Positions 25,036 to 39,420 of a DNA stretch of 64,000 nt are shown piece by piece. The notes under the pieces were generated by a model that saw only the letters and a list, made by a program, of their open reading frames with translations, searched no databases and had not been told where the DNA came from. How positions within the stretch are numbered: position 1 is the stretch's first letter; each line of letters begins with the position of its first letter. Location of the stretch: NCBI RefSeq assembly GCF_018350175.1, contig NC_058368.1, positions 144,276,001 to 144,340,000 of the forward strand. The letters are read 5' to 3'. Source of the DNA: Felis catus (lineage: Eukaryota). Position numbers and translations under genes: made by a program.

Positions 25036-26284
25036 ACGGGTGTGAAGCTAAGGAAATTCAAGTAATCATAAGCCCTCTTATGTTTCTATTAGAAAGCTGT
25101 GTAGGTAGTTGGTTTAGCCATATTGCATGAGTACTATATTAATGTGTGAATTTAATTTATTAATTCTATATCATCTGTCTTTAGAGCAAACTTTTCAGTG
25201 AAAAGTCAAAGCAGAAACAAACAACAAAAAACTACCTCTCTTCAGTAGTCTGTATTTGAGCTTTCCTCCCCCATATAACCTTATGTTAGAATTATAGAGG
25301 CTTCTCCACAGATAGCAACCAGGAGGTTAAAACTTCATCACATGTCCTTACAGTGGCAACAGCTGTAGGTTACGTACTGTATTTCTGACTGATGACCACA
25401 CACAACAGATAATAGCATCATTACCCAGTTCATCTTCAAATGTGAAGGACTCCAGTGACACTCACTTTTAGTCCTTGGGTCTTTTGTGCTAAAGAAGAAT
25501 GTTTGTCATCCCCAGGACCTCAAGTGTGTGGTTTTTTGTCACATGGAATGAAATGACTCAGGTGCCTTATTTTATTTTGTTTAGGATGTGTCATGCTGTG
25601 AGATCAACTGTAGACTACTATAGGGCATCTTGAAATAAGCATTTTTATCATCATGGTTGACAGTTACTACTTCCTGTTTTGTTGACTGTCACAATCACTG
25701 AATGTTTCTTATTGATTGCACCAAAATAATTTTTCTTTCTTTTGGTGATCTCACATATTATTTTATTAGGGTTATTTGGAAAGTCTTGTTACTGCTCCTA
25801 ATTAAAGAACAGTTCCAAGATATACAAACTCTTTAAAAAACTTGATTAGAAGTCAGTTTATTAATTTGCATTGTGATCTGCATATAGGAGCTAAAAGTAG
25901 CTCCCCCAGTGGTGAGAAATTTGTGGTAAACAGTGCCACACACTCTGTCACCCTCTCCCTGCCTGTTTTGGACACCTGGAAATGCGTATGGCATTCTTTC
26001 TCAGTGTAGCCTAGTAACCAGTGTCAACACAGTACTTCAGGTCCCCACGACCAGTCAGATTTGGCCCTTGAGATCCCAGGGCTAGCTTTTCTTGTGTATT
26101 TCTTCCTTGTTCACTTCGCACAGAATATATATTTTTGCATGTTTGCGCCTTATGGCTCTACACACAGTTATTTTCAAACTTACATTTTGGGTGCTGTTTC
26201 TTCCTCCTCCATTATGTTCTTTGTGGTACCTACCAAACAAATTGTCTAAGCAAATAAAGATCACTGTAATAACAGTGATGATAA

Positions 26285-26510
26285 CTAATGTGTATTGAGT
26301 GTTTACTATGTACCAGGCACTGTACTAAGTGCTTAACATGCATTATTTTATTGTAATCTTGTAAGAACTCTGAGGTTAGAGACCACTATTCTTCTCATTT
26401 TAAAGATGGAGAAACTAGGGCAAGGCTAAATAACTGGTAAATGGCAGAGCCTCGATTTTCACCAAAGTCACCTGCCTTCTCAACCCTAATTTTTAACCTC
26501 TGAGCTGTTA
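26285..26510 (-). mobile_element. MIR
   Basis: tattgagtgtttactatgtaccaggcactgtactaagtgct...cattttaaagatggagaaact. Confidence 0.8.
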
Positions 26511-27069
26511 CCTCCTTAACCAATGAAGGCTGGGTTAAAACCAGAATGATCATAGTAAATATGCTTTTGCCTGTGCTGTCATTGGGCTAAAATAAAAATC
26601 CAGTACCTTTGTATTTTTCCAGATTGCAAACCAACTTAGCACAACATTTTTTGTCTCTTTCTAAGAAATTTATAGTTTTATATCTATTTTTAAAAAAATC
26701 TTCTGGGAGATTTCATAAATATGACTTAGGTTTTTATTAACCTCTTTTGCTTTTATCTTTCCATATCTCCGACAACCTTTATAATTTTTGAGAGAGTAGC
26801 TATCTTTGTAGGCTGTCTTATACGTTCACAGATGGTATTATTCTATCTGTCCTCATACCATCTGCAGCATCAACCTAGTCTATTCCAATTGGTGTTATCT
26901 TTCATTTATGCAGGAGTGAGTTATTAAAATAAAACTTTATATTTGTATAGCATTTTGGGTAAACGTTAGGGTAAAACATGGATTTATTTTATCACAACAA
27001 TCTTATGCAAAGAAAATTTAATTTTTTATTTTTTTCACCTCTTCCTGAATTACTTTATATGTAGTCTTT

Positions 27070-27850
27070 GGAATTGAATTGAATTGAATTCAACAACTAT
27101 TTATTGAACACATATTATGATCCCAGACCTGTGAGAATGAAGAAATGATCCCTGTTTTCACTGGGCTTATAGTCCAACAGAAAAGACAGAGAAGTAAATA
27201 TAATTACATTTTCCACTATGGAAAGACTGTAGAGGGTCATGTGGAAAAGGATGGCAAAGGATTAAATTTGATCTAGTGAGCCCAGAAAGCCCTTTCAGAA
27301 GAAGGGTACGTAGGAGTGTGCCAAACCAAGTAGAGCTGGTAGGCAGTAGGGAAGAGGAAGAGAGTCTTCAAGGCAGAGTGAGCAGCAAATGAGGAGGCTC
27401 CGATGTCAGAGAACTTGGACAAAGATATTGGATCAAGTTCACTCTGACTGAGACTTACAGACAGAGGAGGAGTGGCAGTGGTCAGGGTGAGACTTGAGAG
27501 GTAAGGTAGGCAGGGGTACTGGTTACCACAAGGTAACCAGTTGTCTTGTGGGTCAGTGAAGGAATCTAGATTACTGGCAAGTCATTGATGAGCTGAAAGC
27601 AGAGGTTAAGACATGAACAGATTTGGGTTTTAGGAAGACTGCTCAGACTTCTCAGTATGGAGAATGGATTGGAAAAAGAGACAGAATTAGATAGATCTGG
27701 GGAGGCAAGTTAGGAGGCTCTTTTTGTAGTCTGTGTGAGACATGATTTTTACTTACATGAGGGTAATGGCAGTAGAGATGAAAGAAATAGACTGATTTAA
27801 GGGACCACTCCACTGAAAATGGAGGAACCAGTCTATATGTTTACAAAGCT
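27070..27850 (-). mobile_element. L2 relic
   Basis: attcaacaactatttattgaac start, purine-rich L2 antisense body. Confidence 0.7.
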
Positions 27851-28670
27851 CTGGCGTGTTCTGTATCATGCTGAACCAAATGCCAGTTCTACATAGTAGA
27901 GCATGAGCCAGAGAAAAATGGAACAAAAATGAAACCAAGTTAGTATGCATTTTGTAAATAGGCATGACCTCACAGAGTAGTTTGAAGGGTAATAAAGAGA
28001 AAAGAAATTAATTAGCTGCCAAGTACCATACTCAATTTAACAGTCATCTGGGCAGGATCTGATGTAAGGCTTGCCCTTCACATCAGCATGTGTGATATCA
28101 ACAGAATTTTGATAGACAAATACGTATTCATTAGCTGATGTTTCCCTTTGCCCCTAAATGTCAGTTCCTTCTTTCATTTGCTTGCTTGCTCATTCTTTTA
28201 TTCATTCAAAAAAACATTTACTGAGGGCCCACTGTCTATTAGATACGTTTTTTATCTCAGTCTTTAATACCACATTATGGCGATTGTAACTAGTATAGGC
28301 CTTTAGTGTTTATAGGTACTAGATGGGCCACATCTCATTTAGGACACAGTTAGTTAATCAGGTTTCCATTTTAAGTTGACAGTTATGCCATTTCCTCCCA
28401 AGCGGCCCACCTATCACTTAGGGTGCAGCCACTGGTGAAATCCTGCAACCCTGTCTGATATCATTTCTTCTGTATTTTCTGTTGCTGTTCTGCGTCTTTG
28501 CTCAGGTTCTGTATGCCTAATCCCATTTTGGTCAAACAGTCAATCAGTTCAGCCACCACCACCAAGTCTTCTGTCAAATTAGTTGGCTGAGTGAGGTTTT
28601 TTTTTTTTTTTTTGACGGAGGTGATCAGTCGTTACAGTCAGAATAAACTCACTTGCCCATTGTAGACTAT

Positions 28671-29070
28671 TACATTAGTCAAGCGAAAACAAGCGGTTGT
28701 AAGAAATGAATCCTCAATCTCGGTGGTTTAAATACTATAAAAGTTTATTTCTTGCTAATGTGAAGTCCAGCTGGTGGCAAATGTGGGAGCAGTGGGTTTT
28801 CTGCTACAGTAAAGGGACCCAGGCTGAGAGAGTCTTCAGGTGGCTCACAAGATTGTTCTGGTCCCAGCCTTCAGCTGGGAAAGAGCAAATGTGAAAGATC
28901 ACACAGGAGGTTTTTATGAGCCAGAGCTAGCCTTGGCTTAATCCTTCCTGCTTGCAGTTTATTGTCTACAACTTGAGTACTTGGCCATACCTAATTGCAG
29001 AGGGAAACTGGGAAATGTCTGTGTGTTTGCCCCGGAGGAATGGAAAACCTAATGAGCCAGGTTCTGCTCC
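28671..29070 (-). mobile_element. Old MaLR LTR (MLT1-like)
   Basis: cctcaatctcggtggtttaaatactataaaagtttatttcttgct...cctaattgcagagggaaactgggaaatgt. Confidence 0.6.
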
Positions 29071-29248
29071 ACAGAGCTAATGTCTTTCCTTTTGTGATAC
29101 TTGCTCTTTTATTCAAATGAAAGGGGCAGGGAAGGGCCAGAGGTGTGGAGGAGGAGTCTCTTTTGTGTTTTCTAAGTAGCTCTTGTCTCAGTACTTGGAC
29201 ATGAGAGTGGGAAACGTATCTGTTCTGAATTCCTAATATAACTTATAA

Positions 29249-29470
<222 letters not shown>

Positions 29471-30900
29471 TAAAACATCTCAGAGTTTTATTTTTGTTAT
29501 TATTTTGTGAAATCTTAGAGATAATGACAGAATTCTTAAGAGAAGTAAATTATACAAGTTGAAGGTATTCCAGTTTTTGCATTGTAGAAACTAAAGTTTG
29601 CCCATTTCTGTTAACAACAACAGATAGAAGCCTTTCTGGTATAATACAGGATGTTCTTATGTTGCATCCTAAAAATGTGGACCATCATCACAATAGGAAA
29701 TTTCTTAGACTAGTCAGTTTTAAAAAGAGATGCCTTATTTCTTTTGACCCCAGAACAACTTCTTATTTAACTTTTCCAAAGGAAAGATCTGCTATTATGT
29801 TTGTGGTGGTATCGCTATACAAATAAGTTTGGGTATGGAAGGTAAGCAAAAAGCATTATTGTGACTTTCATCACTTAAGCTTTACAGTTTGTTATAACAA
29901 TCAATAACAAGAGGTTTTCCCCATGAGGCTTGCAGGAGATTTTTTAACAGAAACCTTGCAAGCCAGAAGGGAGTGGCACAATATATTAAAAGCGCTGAAT
30001 GGGAAAAATCTGCAGCCAAGAATTTTCTATCCAGCATGGCTATCATTCAGAATACAAGAAGAGATAGAGTTTCCCCAGACAAACAAAAACTAAAGGAGTT
30101 CATGACCACTCAGCCAACTCTACAGGAGATATTAAAGGGACTTTGAGCAGAAAGGAGAGACCAAAAGTGAAGTCTAAAGGTAGGAAACCTAAAAACAATA
30201 AAAATGAATATTTCAGTAAAAATCAGTCAAGGAACTCACCCACAAAAAGGATATAAAATATAATAACATATACCTAAAATGTGGGGAGGAGAGAAAAACA
30301 GTTTCAAACTTGAATGACTGTCAACTTAATATACACTGCTACATGCAGATTACAGAGTAATCATATATGAAAAACCACTAATAAACTTGTAAAGAATAAA
30401 GAAAAAGGAATCTAAATATATCACTGAAGAAAATCACAAAATGAAAGAGAAAGACAAGAAAGGATCAGAGAAAGTCTTCAGAAACTACCACAAAATAAGT
30501 AATAAAATGGCAATAAATACATATCTATCAATAGTTACTTTAAATGTAAATGGACTAAACACTCTAATCAAAAGACATAGGGTGACAGAAAGAATAACAA
30601 AACAAAACCCATCTATATGCTGCCCACTAGAGACTCATTTTAAACCTAATGACACCTGCTGACTGAAAGTGAGGGGATGGAGAAACATCGACCATGCAAA
30701 TGGATGTCAAAAGAAAGCCAGAGTAGCAATACTTACATCGGACAAACTAGACTTTTAGGCAAAGACTGTAGCAAGAAGGGCACTACATAATAATAAGGGT
30801 GACAATCCAGCAATATGAAAAAAAAAATTGTAAATATTTATGTACTCAAATACATAAACAGTTAATAACAAACATAAAGGAACTAATCAATAATAATACA

Positions 30901-32032
30901 CAGGACACCATCAAAACCCTAGAGGAGAAAGCAGGAAAAAACCTCTTTGACCTCAGCCACAGCAATTTCTTAACTGGACACATCTCCAAAGGCAAGGGGA
31001 TTAAAAAGCAAAAATGAACTAATGGGACCTCATCAAGATAAAAAGCTTCTGCACTGCCAAGGAAACAATCAACAAAACTAAAAGGCAATTGACAGAATGG
31101 GAAAGATATTTGCAAATGACGTAAAGGGTAAAGGGCTAGTGTCTAAAATCTATAAAGAACTCACCTAACTCCACACCCGAAAAACAAATAATCCAGTGAA
31201 GAAATGGGCAGAAGACATGAATAGACACTTTTCCAAAGAAGACGTCCAGATGGCCAACAGACACATGAAAAGATGCTCAACGTCACTCCTAATCAGGGAA
31301 ATACAAATCAAAACCACACTGAGACACCACCTCATGCCAGTCAGAGTGGCTAAAATGAACAAATCAGGAGACTATAGATGCTGGAGAGGATGTGGAGAAA
31401 CGGGAACCCTCTTACACTGTTGGTGGGAATGCAAACTGGTGCAACCGCTCTGGAAAACAGCGTGGAGGTTCTTCAAAAAATTAAAAATAGAACTATCCTA
31501 TGACCCAGCAGTAGCACTGCTAGGAATTTAGCCAAGGGATACAGGAGTGCTGATGCATAGGGGCACTTGTATCCCAATGTTTATAGCAGCACTTTCAACA
31601 ATAGCCAAATGATGGAAAGAGCCTAAATGTCCATCAACTGACGAATGGAAAAAGAAGATGTGGTTTATATATACAATGGAATACTACTTGGCAATGAGAA
31701 AGAATGAAATCTGGCCATTTGCACCAAGGTGGATGGAACTGGAGGGTATGCTAAGTGAAATAAGGCAGAGAAAGACCGATACCATATGTTTTCACTCATA
31801 TGTGGATCTTGAGAAACTTAGCAGAAGACCATGAGGGAGGGGAAGGGGGAAAAATTACAGAGAGGGAGGGAGGCAAACCATGAGAGACTCTTAAAGACTG
31901 AGAATAAACTGAGGGTTGATGGGGAGGTGGGGGAGAGGGGAAAGTGGGTGATGGGCATGGAGGAAGGCATTTGTTGGGATGAGCACTGTGTGTTGTATAA
32001 TTTATTTGACAATAAATTATATTTAAAAATAA
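30901..32032 (+). mobile_element. Younger felid L1 3' fragment nested in the host L1 endonuclease domain
   Basis: [14 protein letters not shown] peptide; same 3'UTR as 6681-7441; TSD aataataataca / aataatagtaca. Confidence 0.9.
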
Positions 32033-32362
32033 AATAATAGTACAATACCAGTAGGGGACTTTAACACCCCACTTACATCAATGGTAAGATCATCTAAACA
32101 GAAACCCAGCAATGGCTTTGAATGATACACTGGAACAGATGGAGTTAATAGATATATTCAGAACATTCCATCCTAAAACAGCACACTACACATTCTTTTC
32201 AAGTGTGTACAGAACATTCTCCAGAATAGATCACATATTAGCCCGTAAAACAAACCTCAACAGATTCTAGAAGATCCAAGCCCTCAGCAAAGTAGTATTA
32301 GAGGCCACATACCTCAACATAATAGAGGACAGATATGAAAAACCTACAGCTAACATCATCCT

Positions 32363-32566
32363 TTTTTTAAAATGTTTATTTATTTTGAGAGGAAGAGAGT
32401 GTATGAGCAGGGGAGGGGCAGAGAGAGGGAGGGAGAAAATCCCAAGCAGGCTCTGCACTGACAGCATGGGGCCTGATGCAGGGCTTGATCTCACAAACTG
32501 TAAGATCATGACCTGAGCCAAAATCAGGAGTCAGATGCTTAAACGACTGAGCCATCCAGGCGCCAT
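32363..32566 (-). mobile_element. Can-SINE within L1
   Basis: TSD taacatcatcct. Confidence 0.92.
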
Positions 32567-32640
32567 TAACATCATCCTAACTGGTGAAAAACTAACTTGT
32601 TTTGAGTAAGACAAGGATGTCCACTCTCATCACTTTTTTT

Positions 32641-32867
32641 CTTTTTCTTTTTTCTTTTTTTTTAATGTTTTCATTTATCTTTGAGACAGAGAGAGACAGA
32701 GCATGAGCAGGGGAGGTGCAGAGAGAGGGGGATACACAGAATCCAAAGCAGGCTCCAGGCTCTGAGCTGTCAGCACAGAGCCCGATGTGGGGCTCGAACT
32801 CACGGAGTGTGAGATCATGACCTGAGCTGAAGTCGGACGCTCAACCGACTGAGCCACCCAGGCGCCC
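32641..32867 (-). mobile_element. Can-SINE within L1
   Basis: TSD ctcatcacttttttt. Confidence 0.92.
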
Positions 32868-33226
32868 CTCATCACTTTTTTTCAACGTAGTTCTGGAAGT
32901 CCTAGACACAGCATTCAGACGACAAAAAGAAATGAAAGACATCCAAAGGGGTAAGGAAGAAGTGTAACTTTCACTATTTGCAGATGGCATGGCACTCTGT
33001 GTAGAAAACCCTAAACTCTACCAAAAAACTGCTAGAACTGATAAATTCAGTAAAGTCTCAGGATACAAAATCAGGGTACAGAAACCTGTTGCATTTGTAT
33101 ACACCAATAATGAAGCAACAGAAAGAGAAATTAGGAAAACAGTCCCATTTACAGTAGCACCAAAAATAATAAGATACATAGTAATAAATGTAACCTGTAC
33201 TCCGAAACTATAAAGCTCTGATGAAA

Positions 33227-34072
33227 TGTCCATTGACCAATGAACGGATAAAGATATGGTGTGTGTATATACATTTATATATACACACATATACACAATG
33301 GAATATTACTCAGCCATAAAAGGAATGTGAAATCCTGACATTTGCAATGACGTGGATGGAGCTAGAGAGTATTATGCTAAGTGAAATAAGTCAGAGAAAG
33401 ACAAATACTTTGTGATTTCACTCATATGTGAAATTTAAGAAATAAATGAGCATAGGGATAAAAAGAGAGATTCTCAGTAAACCAAGAAACAGACTCTTAA
33501 ATATAGAGAACAAACTGATGGTCGCCAGAGGGGAGGTGGGGTTGGGTGGGTGGGTGAAACAGATGATGGAGATTAAGGAGTACACTTGTGATGAACACCA
33601 GGTATTGTGTGTAAGTGTTGAGTCACTGAATTGTGTACTTGAAGTACACTGGTAGTACACTGTATATTGACTAGCTGGAGTTTAAATAAAAACTTAAAAA
33701 AAAAATGGAATATTACACAATGGAATATTACTCAGCCGTAAAAAAGTATGAGATCTTGCCATTTGCAACAACATCGGTGGACCTAGAGGATTTTATGCTA
33801 TGTGAAATAAGTCAGACTGAGAAAAATAAAATGAATAAACAAAAAAGCATAATCAGACATGTAAATACAGAGAACAAACTGATGGTTGCCAGAAGGAAGG
33901 AGGTGGAGAGATGGGCAAAATGGATAAAGGGGAGTGGGAGGTACATGCTTTCTGTTACTGAATGAATAAATCATGAGAATAAAAGGCGCTGTACAGGGAA
34001 TATAGTCAATGATATTGTAATGACATTGTAAGGTCACTTGTGGGAGCATACTTTTGTTGTGGGAGCAAAAAA
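33227..34072 (+). mobile_element. Two consecutive L1 3' ends inserted in the host L1 ORF2
   Basis: two different 3'UTRs with A tails (~33704, ~34075); flanking ctgatgaaat repeats. Confidence 0.8.
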
Positions 34073-35359
34073 AAACACTGATGAAATTGAAGATGACACA
34101 AAAGAAATGGAAAGACATTCCGTGCTCCAATATTTGGAAGAACAAATATTACTGATACTGCCCAAAGCAATCTACAGCTTTAATGCAATCCCTATCAAAA
34201 TACCAACAACTTTTTTCACAAAACTAGAACAAGTAATCCTAAAATTTGTATGGAATCTCAAAAGACACCAAATAGCTAAAGCAGCCTTAAAAAAGAAAAA
34301 GCTAGAGGCATCACATTTCCAGACTTCAAGTTATATTACAAAGGGGTAGTAATTAAAGCAGTGTGGTACTGGCACAAAAATAGACATGTAGATCAATAGA
34401 ATAGAGTAGAAAATCCAGAAGTAACCCATAATTTGGTCAATTAATGTTTGACACAACAGGAAAGAATATCCAATGGGAAAAAGACAATCTCTTCAACAAA
34501 TGGTGTTGGTTAAACTGGACACTGACGTGCAAAAGAATGAATCTGTACCACTTTCTTACACCATACACGAAAATAAATTGAAAATTGATTAGAGACCTAA
34601 ATGTGAGACCTGAAACCATAAAAATCCTAGCTACACAGGCAATAACTTCTCTGACATCGGCTGTAGCAGCTTCTTTCTAAATATGTCTCCTAAGGCCAGG
34701 GAGATCAAAGCAAAAATAAACAGTTGGGACCATATCAAAATAAAAAGCTTCTGTACGGTGAAGGAAACAATCAACAAAAGTAAAAGGCAGCCAACAGAAT
34801 GGGAGAAGATATTTGCAAATGACATACTGATAAAGGGTTAGTATCCATAATATGTAAAGAACTTATACAGCTCAACACCTAAAAAACAAATAATCCAATT
34901 CAAAAATGGGCAAAAGACATGAACAGACATTTCTCCAAAGAAGACATCCAGATGGCCAACAGACAAATGAAAAGGTGGTCATCATCACTTATCACAACTG
35001 AAAACTACAGTAAGATATCACCACACACCTGTCAGAATGGATAAAATCAACAACATAAGAAACAAAAGGTATTGGTGAGGATGTGGAGAAAAAGAAACCC
35101 TCTTGCACTGTTGGTAGCAATGCAAACTACTATAGCTAGTGTGGGAAAACAGTATGGAGGTTCCTCAAAAAGTTAAAAATAGAATTACCTTATAATCCAG
35201 CAATCACACTACTGGGTATTTACCCAAAGAGTACAGGAACACTAATTCAAAGGGATACATGCACCTTAACATTTATAGCAGCATTATTTATAATAGTCCA
35301 GATATGGAAGCAGCCCAACTGTCTGTCAATTGATGAATGGATAAAGAGACTGTGGTATA

Positions 35360-35513
35360 GGGGCTCCTAGGTGGCTCAGTCGGTTAAATGTCCTACTCTT
35401 GATTGCAGTTCAGGTCATGATCTTGAGGTTCAAGAGATAAGACCCACGTCAGGCTAGCCTGCTTGGAAGTCCATCTCTGCCCCACCCCCTCAAAATAAAT
35501 AAACATTAAAAAT
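35360..35513 (+). mobile_element. Can-SINE (deleted) within L1
   Basis: ggggctcctaggtggctcagtcgg head, A tail. Confidence 0.85.
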
Positions 35514-35525
35514 AAAGATGTGAGA

Positions 35526-35529
35526 TACA

Positions 35530-35563
<34 letters not shown>

Positions 35564-35619
35564 CACACACACATACATATATATATACACATATATATAT
35601 ACACATATACATATATATA
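35526..35619 (+). repeat. (TA)n/(CA)n compound microsatellite
   Basis: seen directly. Confidence 0.95.
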
Positions 35620-36803
35620 GTGGAATATTATTCAGCCGTAAAAAAGGAATGAAATCTTGCCATTTTGCAATGACATGGATAGAGGTAAAGATTATAATGT
35701 AAGTGAAATAAGTGAGAAAGACAAATACCATATGATTTCACTCATGTGAAATTTAAGAAACAAAACAAACAAGAAGAGGGAAAAAATAGTTGAGAGAGAC
35801 AAATAAAGAAACAGACTCTTAACTATAGAGAACAAACTGATGGTTACCAGATGGAAGGTGGGTAGGGGGATGGGTTAAATAAGTGAGGGGTTTAAGGAGT
35901 GCACTTGTCATCATGAACACCACGTGATGTATTGTTGAATCATTATATTGTACACCTGAAACTAATAGTCTTTTAAATATACTGGCATTAAAACAAAAAA
36001 TTAATGAGAAATGAGAAATTTTCCACACTTAGGGAAATCATTTACCTTCAAAATATGTCTAAAAATAGTTATATTTATAATTGGTAATAAACTTTCTATA
36101 GTGTTTTACCTTTTGTTAAATTCATTCACATACATTAGACCCTTTGTCCCTTGTAAAAACTTTACGAAATTGATGAGGGGATACTGTGTTTTTTACCTTC
36201 TTACTAATGGAAGGCTATATATACTGCTATCTTTACGTAATGCTACCACAGCTTGCATTACCTTGTATAAATGATGATTCTGAGAAGAGAGTTAGTAGCG
36301 TGTTAGTAAATGACAGCTAGTATTTAAACCAGGGTCTTTGGGTTTTTAGTGGGTACACTTTCGGACATTACCATTTTTGATGTAGTAGTTACTACCATTG
36401 CATTTTTTTTTTTAGTTATCCCTACATAAGCCATCTTTATTTTCCGCCCCGATGTAAATCCTTGCCAATGTAATAATTTTTTGTAGGATAATTTTTATGT
36501 GCCCACATTTTAGTTGTGACCAATTTTTCATTAGTCTTTACTTTTTTTAGTCCTTTCCCCCACAAAGTTTTACTGGAACGATATGTGCTGCTTCTGAGAA
36601 TACTTGCAGTGCCCAAGAGGACTTATGTAACTGTTCCATATGCTTCAGCTAAATTTGAAAACAAAGAACAAACCAGAATTGGGAAATACTAATCCCCAGG
36701 AAAAAATGCCCGAGTTGGTTATGGGGTCAGTAGAGTCTGTTGTACCATTACTTGGTACACTTGTGTTGTGGTTTTGCTGGCAGTGGCAGAGGTTGTCCTG
36801 ATA

Positions 36804-37191
36804 CATTACTCCCCCGTTATCCGCCGTCAACAGCAGGCCAGAAGCAGATCGTCCTTCTGACGTTTCGTCAGTTGTATAGCCTAGCACTATGTCACAGTGC
36901 TTCATTTTATCACGTGGGCATTATATCATCTCACACCATGACAAGAAAGGTGAGTGGAGTCCGATGTATTTTGACAGAGAGACCATATTCATATAACTTT
37001 TATTACAGTATATTAAAAATGTCTTATTTTATTGTGCATCTCTTACTGTGCCTAATTTATCAATTAAACTTTATCATAGGTATGTACATAGGAAAGACAG
37101 TACATATGAGATTAGGTACTTACTATCTGTGATTTCAGATACCAGTGGGGATCTTGGAATATATCTCTTGTAGATAAGGGGGGAACTACTG
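36804..37191 (+). mobile_element. MER44-like (TcMar-Tigger) DNA transposon
   Basis: TIRs cattactcccccgttatc / gataaggggggaactactg, TA flanks. Confidence 0.85.
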
Positions 37192-37444
37192 TAGTTGAAA
37201 ATTTTATGGTTGACATTTTGAGGTTAGAGTGGATGTCAAACCATTTGTTATGTTGCATCATTGGTCCAGTGCCTGACAATCAGAGCATATTACTACCCTT
37301 CATCAAGCAACAGATCTCCAAGCACCTTGCCTTCACTGTTTGAAAGGATTCACTGACAGTTGTTAAAGATTTTTGTTTTTCTCGAGAAAAAATAGGGACA
37401 AAGCTGAGAAAATTGTTACTTGCTAATTAAAAGAGCTGAGTCAA

Positions 37445-37672
37445 GGGGAGCCTGGGTGTCTCCATCTATTGAGTGTCTGACTCTTGATTTTGGCTAAGCT
37501 CATGATCTCAAATTTGAGTCCCACATGCATCAGGCTCTGCACTGACAGTGGGGAGACTGCTTGGGATTCTCTCCCTCTCTCTGCCCCCCCCCCAAGTACA
37601 TAGATAGACTTAAAAAATATATACTAATATATCATATATATCATATATAATATCATATATATATATATATAA
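37445..37672 (+). mobile_element. Can-SINE with TA-rich tail
   Basis: TSD gagctgagtcaa. Confidence 0.9.
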
Positions 37673-37839
37673 ATGAGCTGAGTCAAAGAATCCAGGGCAT
37701 CAAGACGGAAGCATCTTTCCATGCTACTGTGATTTCTATTCTTTGTTTCCTCTCTTTAAACTTTGATGTTTGCATTTCATGAGGTTTGTGTATTTACAAA
37801 AGTTTAAAAAACTCTGATAAAAGTCAGAGTCTAATTCTG

Positions 37840-38245
37840 TTTTTAAATTGAGATATAATTAACATAGCATTGTATTACTTTCAGGTTTATCACATTATAA
37901 ATGGCTTGATATGTGTATATATTGAGAAGTGATCACCACAATAATTCTAACTAACATCCATCACCACTTGTAGTTACAAAGTTGTCTTCTTCTTATGATG
38001 AGAACTTTTAAGATCTACTCTCTTGGCCACTTTCAAACATACGATACAGTATTATTAACTATAGTTACCGTGTTATACATTATATCTCCAGGACTTAATT
38101 TATTTTATAATTGGAAGTTTGTACCTTTTGATCATCTCCACTCATTTCATCCACCTGCCTTCCATGCACCACCTCTGGCAACCACAGATCTATTTTTTGT
38201 ATCTATGGATTTGCCTTTTTAAAAAACTTCACATAAACTTATATG
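37840..38245 (-). mobile_element. L1 3' end (L1MA/carnivore type)
   Basis: aattgagatataatt...gatgagaacttttaagatctactctctt...cctctggcaaccac. Confidence 0.85.
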
Positions 38246-39206
38246 GTATCGAATCAAATTCATTTTAAAAGTAACCAAGAATGACTTTTGTTTTAGAGTT
38301 TCAAACTAGACTTCAGTGAAGGAACTTATGACTCACTCAGAGGTTGTTCGTTGTTGCTGTTTTAATGTTTGCACAAGAGCGTGCCCAAAGATTGATTTGA
38401 AAAGTGAGAATTAGAAATGACTTGGTAACAGACCAACTTTAGTAAGCCTAAATGCTTCAAACCAATTTTTTATAGATTAGTTAGCTGGCTCTTGGAACAC
38501 ACCATCAAACACATGTCTGTTCTTTATCATTAGATTACTCTAAATAAACTTCTGCTGTATGCACCAAATGGTGAGTGATATCCTGGGTACAGACTGTGCC
38601 AATTATGTAAAATTCATAAAATGGTTAGGAACACTGTTTGGATGTTGTGGAAGTGGTGAGCCTAGGCCATATGGCTGTGTGGAAAGTGCCATGGAATAGT
38701 CACAAATAGGTATTTTCATATTGATATTAGGGGATACCAAGTGGGCCGGCCCTGAAACAAAATAAACATTTCTTTTGATAGTAAAATTTCAAATCCAAAT
38801 CTTAGATAATGGTGCTAGTCTTAGAAACCCATATTAACTGTGCTTAAGACCTGTTTTGTAAGAAAATGATACATAACTGCTAAGGTTAGTGAATACATTT
38901 AAAGGATTATAGCACTTAGTAAATGTTAGAGGAGAGTGTTTCCAGAATTTTGTAGGCGAGAATGGTTTCTTGGCCAGGCTGGTATAAGCCTACAGCCACC
39001 TTTCAGTATGGAACTTAGGCTGGAGTTCTTACAGTCTCATGATGACCTGTTTCCACACTTATGATGTGTTCTAAAGCTCTTCCACAGGGAAATTTGCTGC
39101 TGGAAATGGGATTGAATATGAGTGACTCCAGGGGCAACTACTTCACTCTTATCCTCAGCTTTCTGGCAGTTCTACTGAGGTGTTTTGTTTAAGAACCTGG
39201 AGAACT

Positions 39207-39420
39207 GGGGCGCCTGGGTGGCGCAGTCAGTTAAGCATTGGACTTTGGCCCCAGGTCATGATCTTGTGGTTTGTGAGTTTGAGCCCCGCGTCTGGCCCTG
39301 TGCTGACAGCTCAGAGCCTGGAGCCTGCTTTGTATTCTATGTCTCCCTCTCTCTTTGCCCCTCCCCTTCTCGCATTCTGTCTGTATTTCTTTCTTAAAAA
39401 TAAACATTAAAAAAAATAAG
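39207..39420 (+). mobile_element. Can-SINE
   Basis: TSD aagaa(c/a)ctggagaac. Confidence 0.93.

Larger units (their letters stand above)
29912..36000 (+). mobile_element. Carnivore L1 (end of ORF1, disrupted ORF2, 3'UTR) hosting nested insertions
   Basis: ORF2 start MAINTYLSIVTLNVNGLN, GDFNTPL motif, RT and C-terminal segments in order, 3' end near 36000. Confidence 0.92.
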
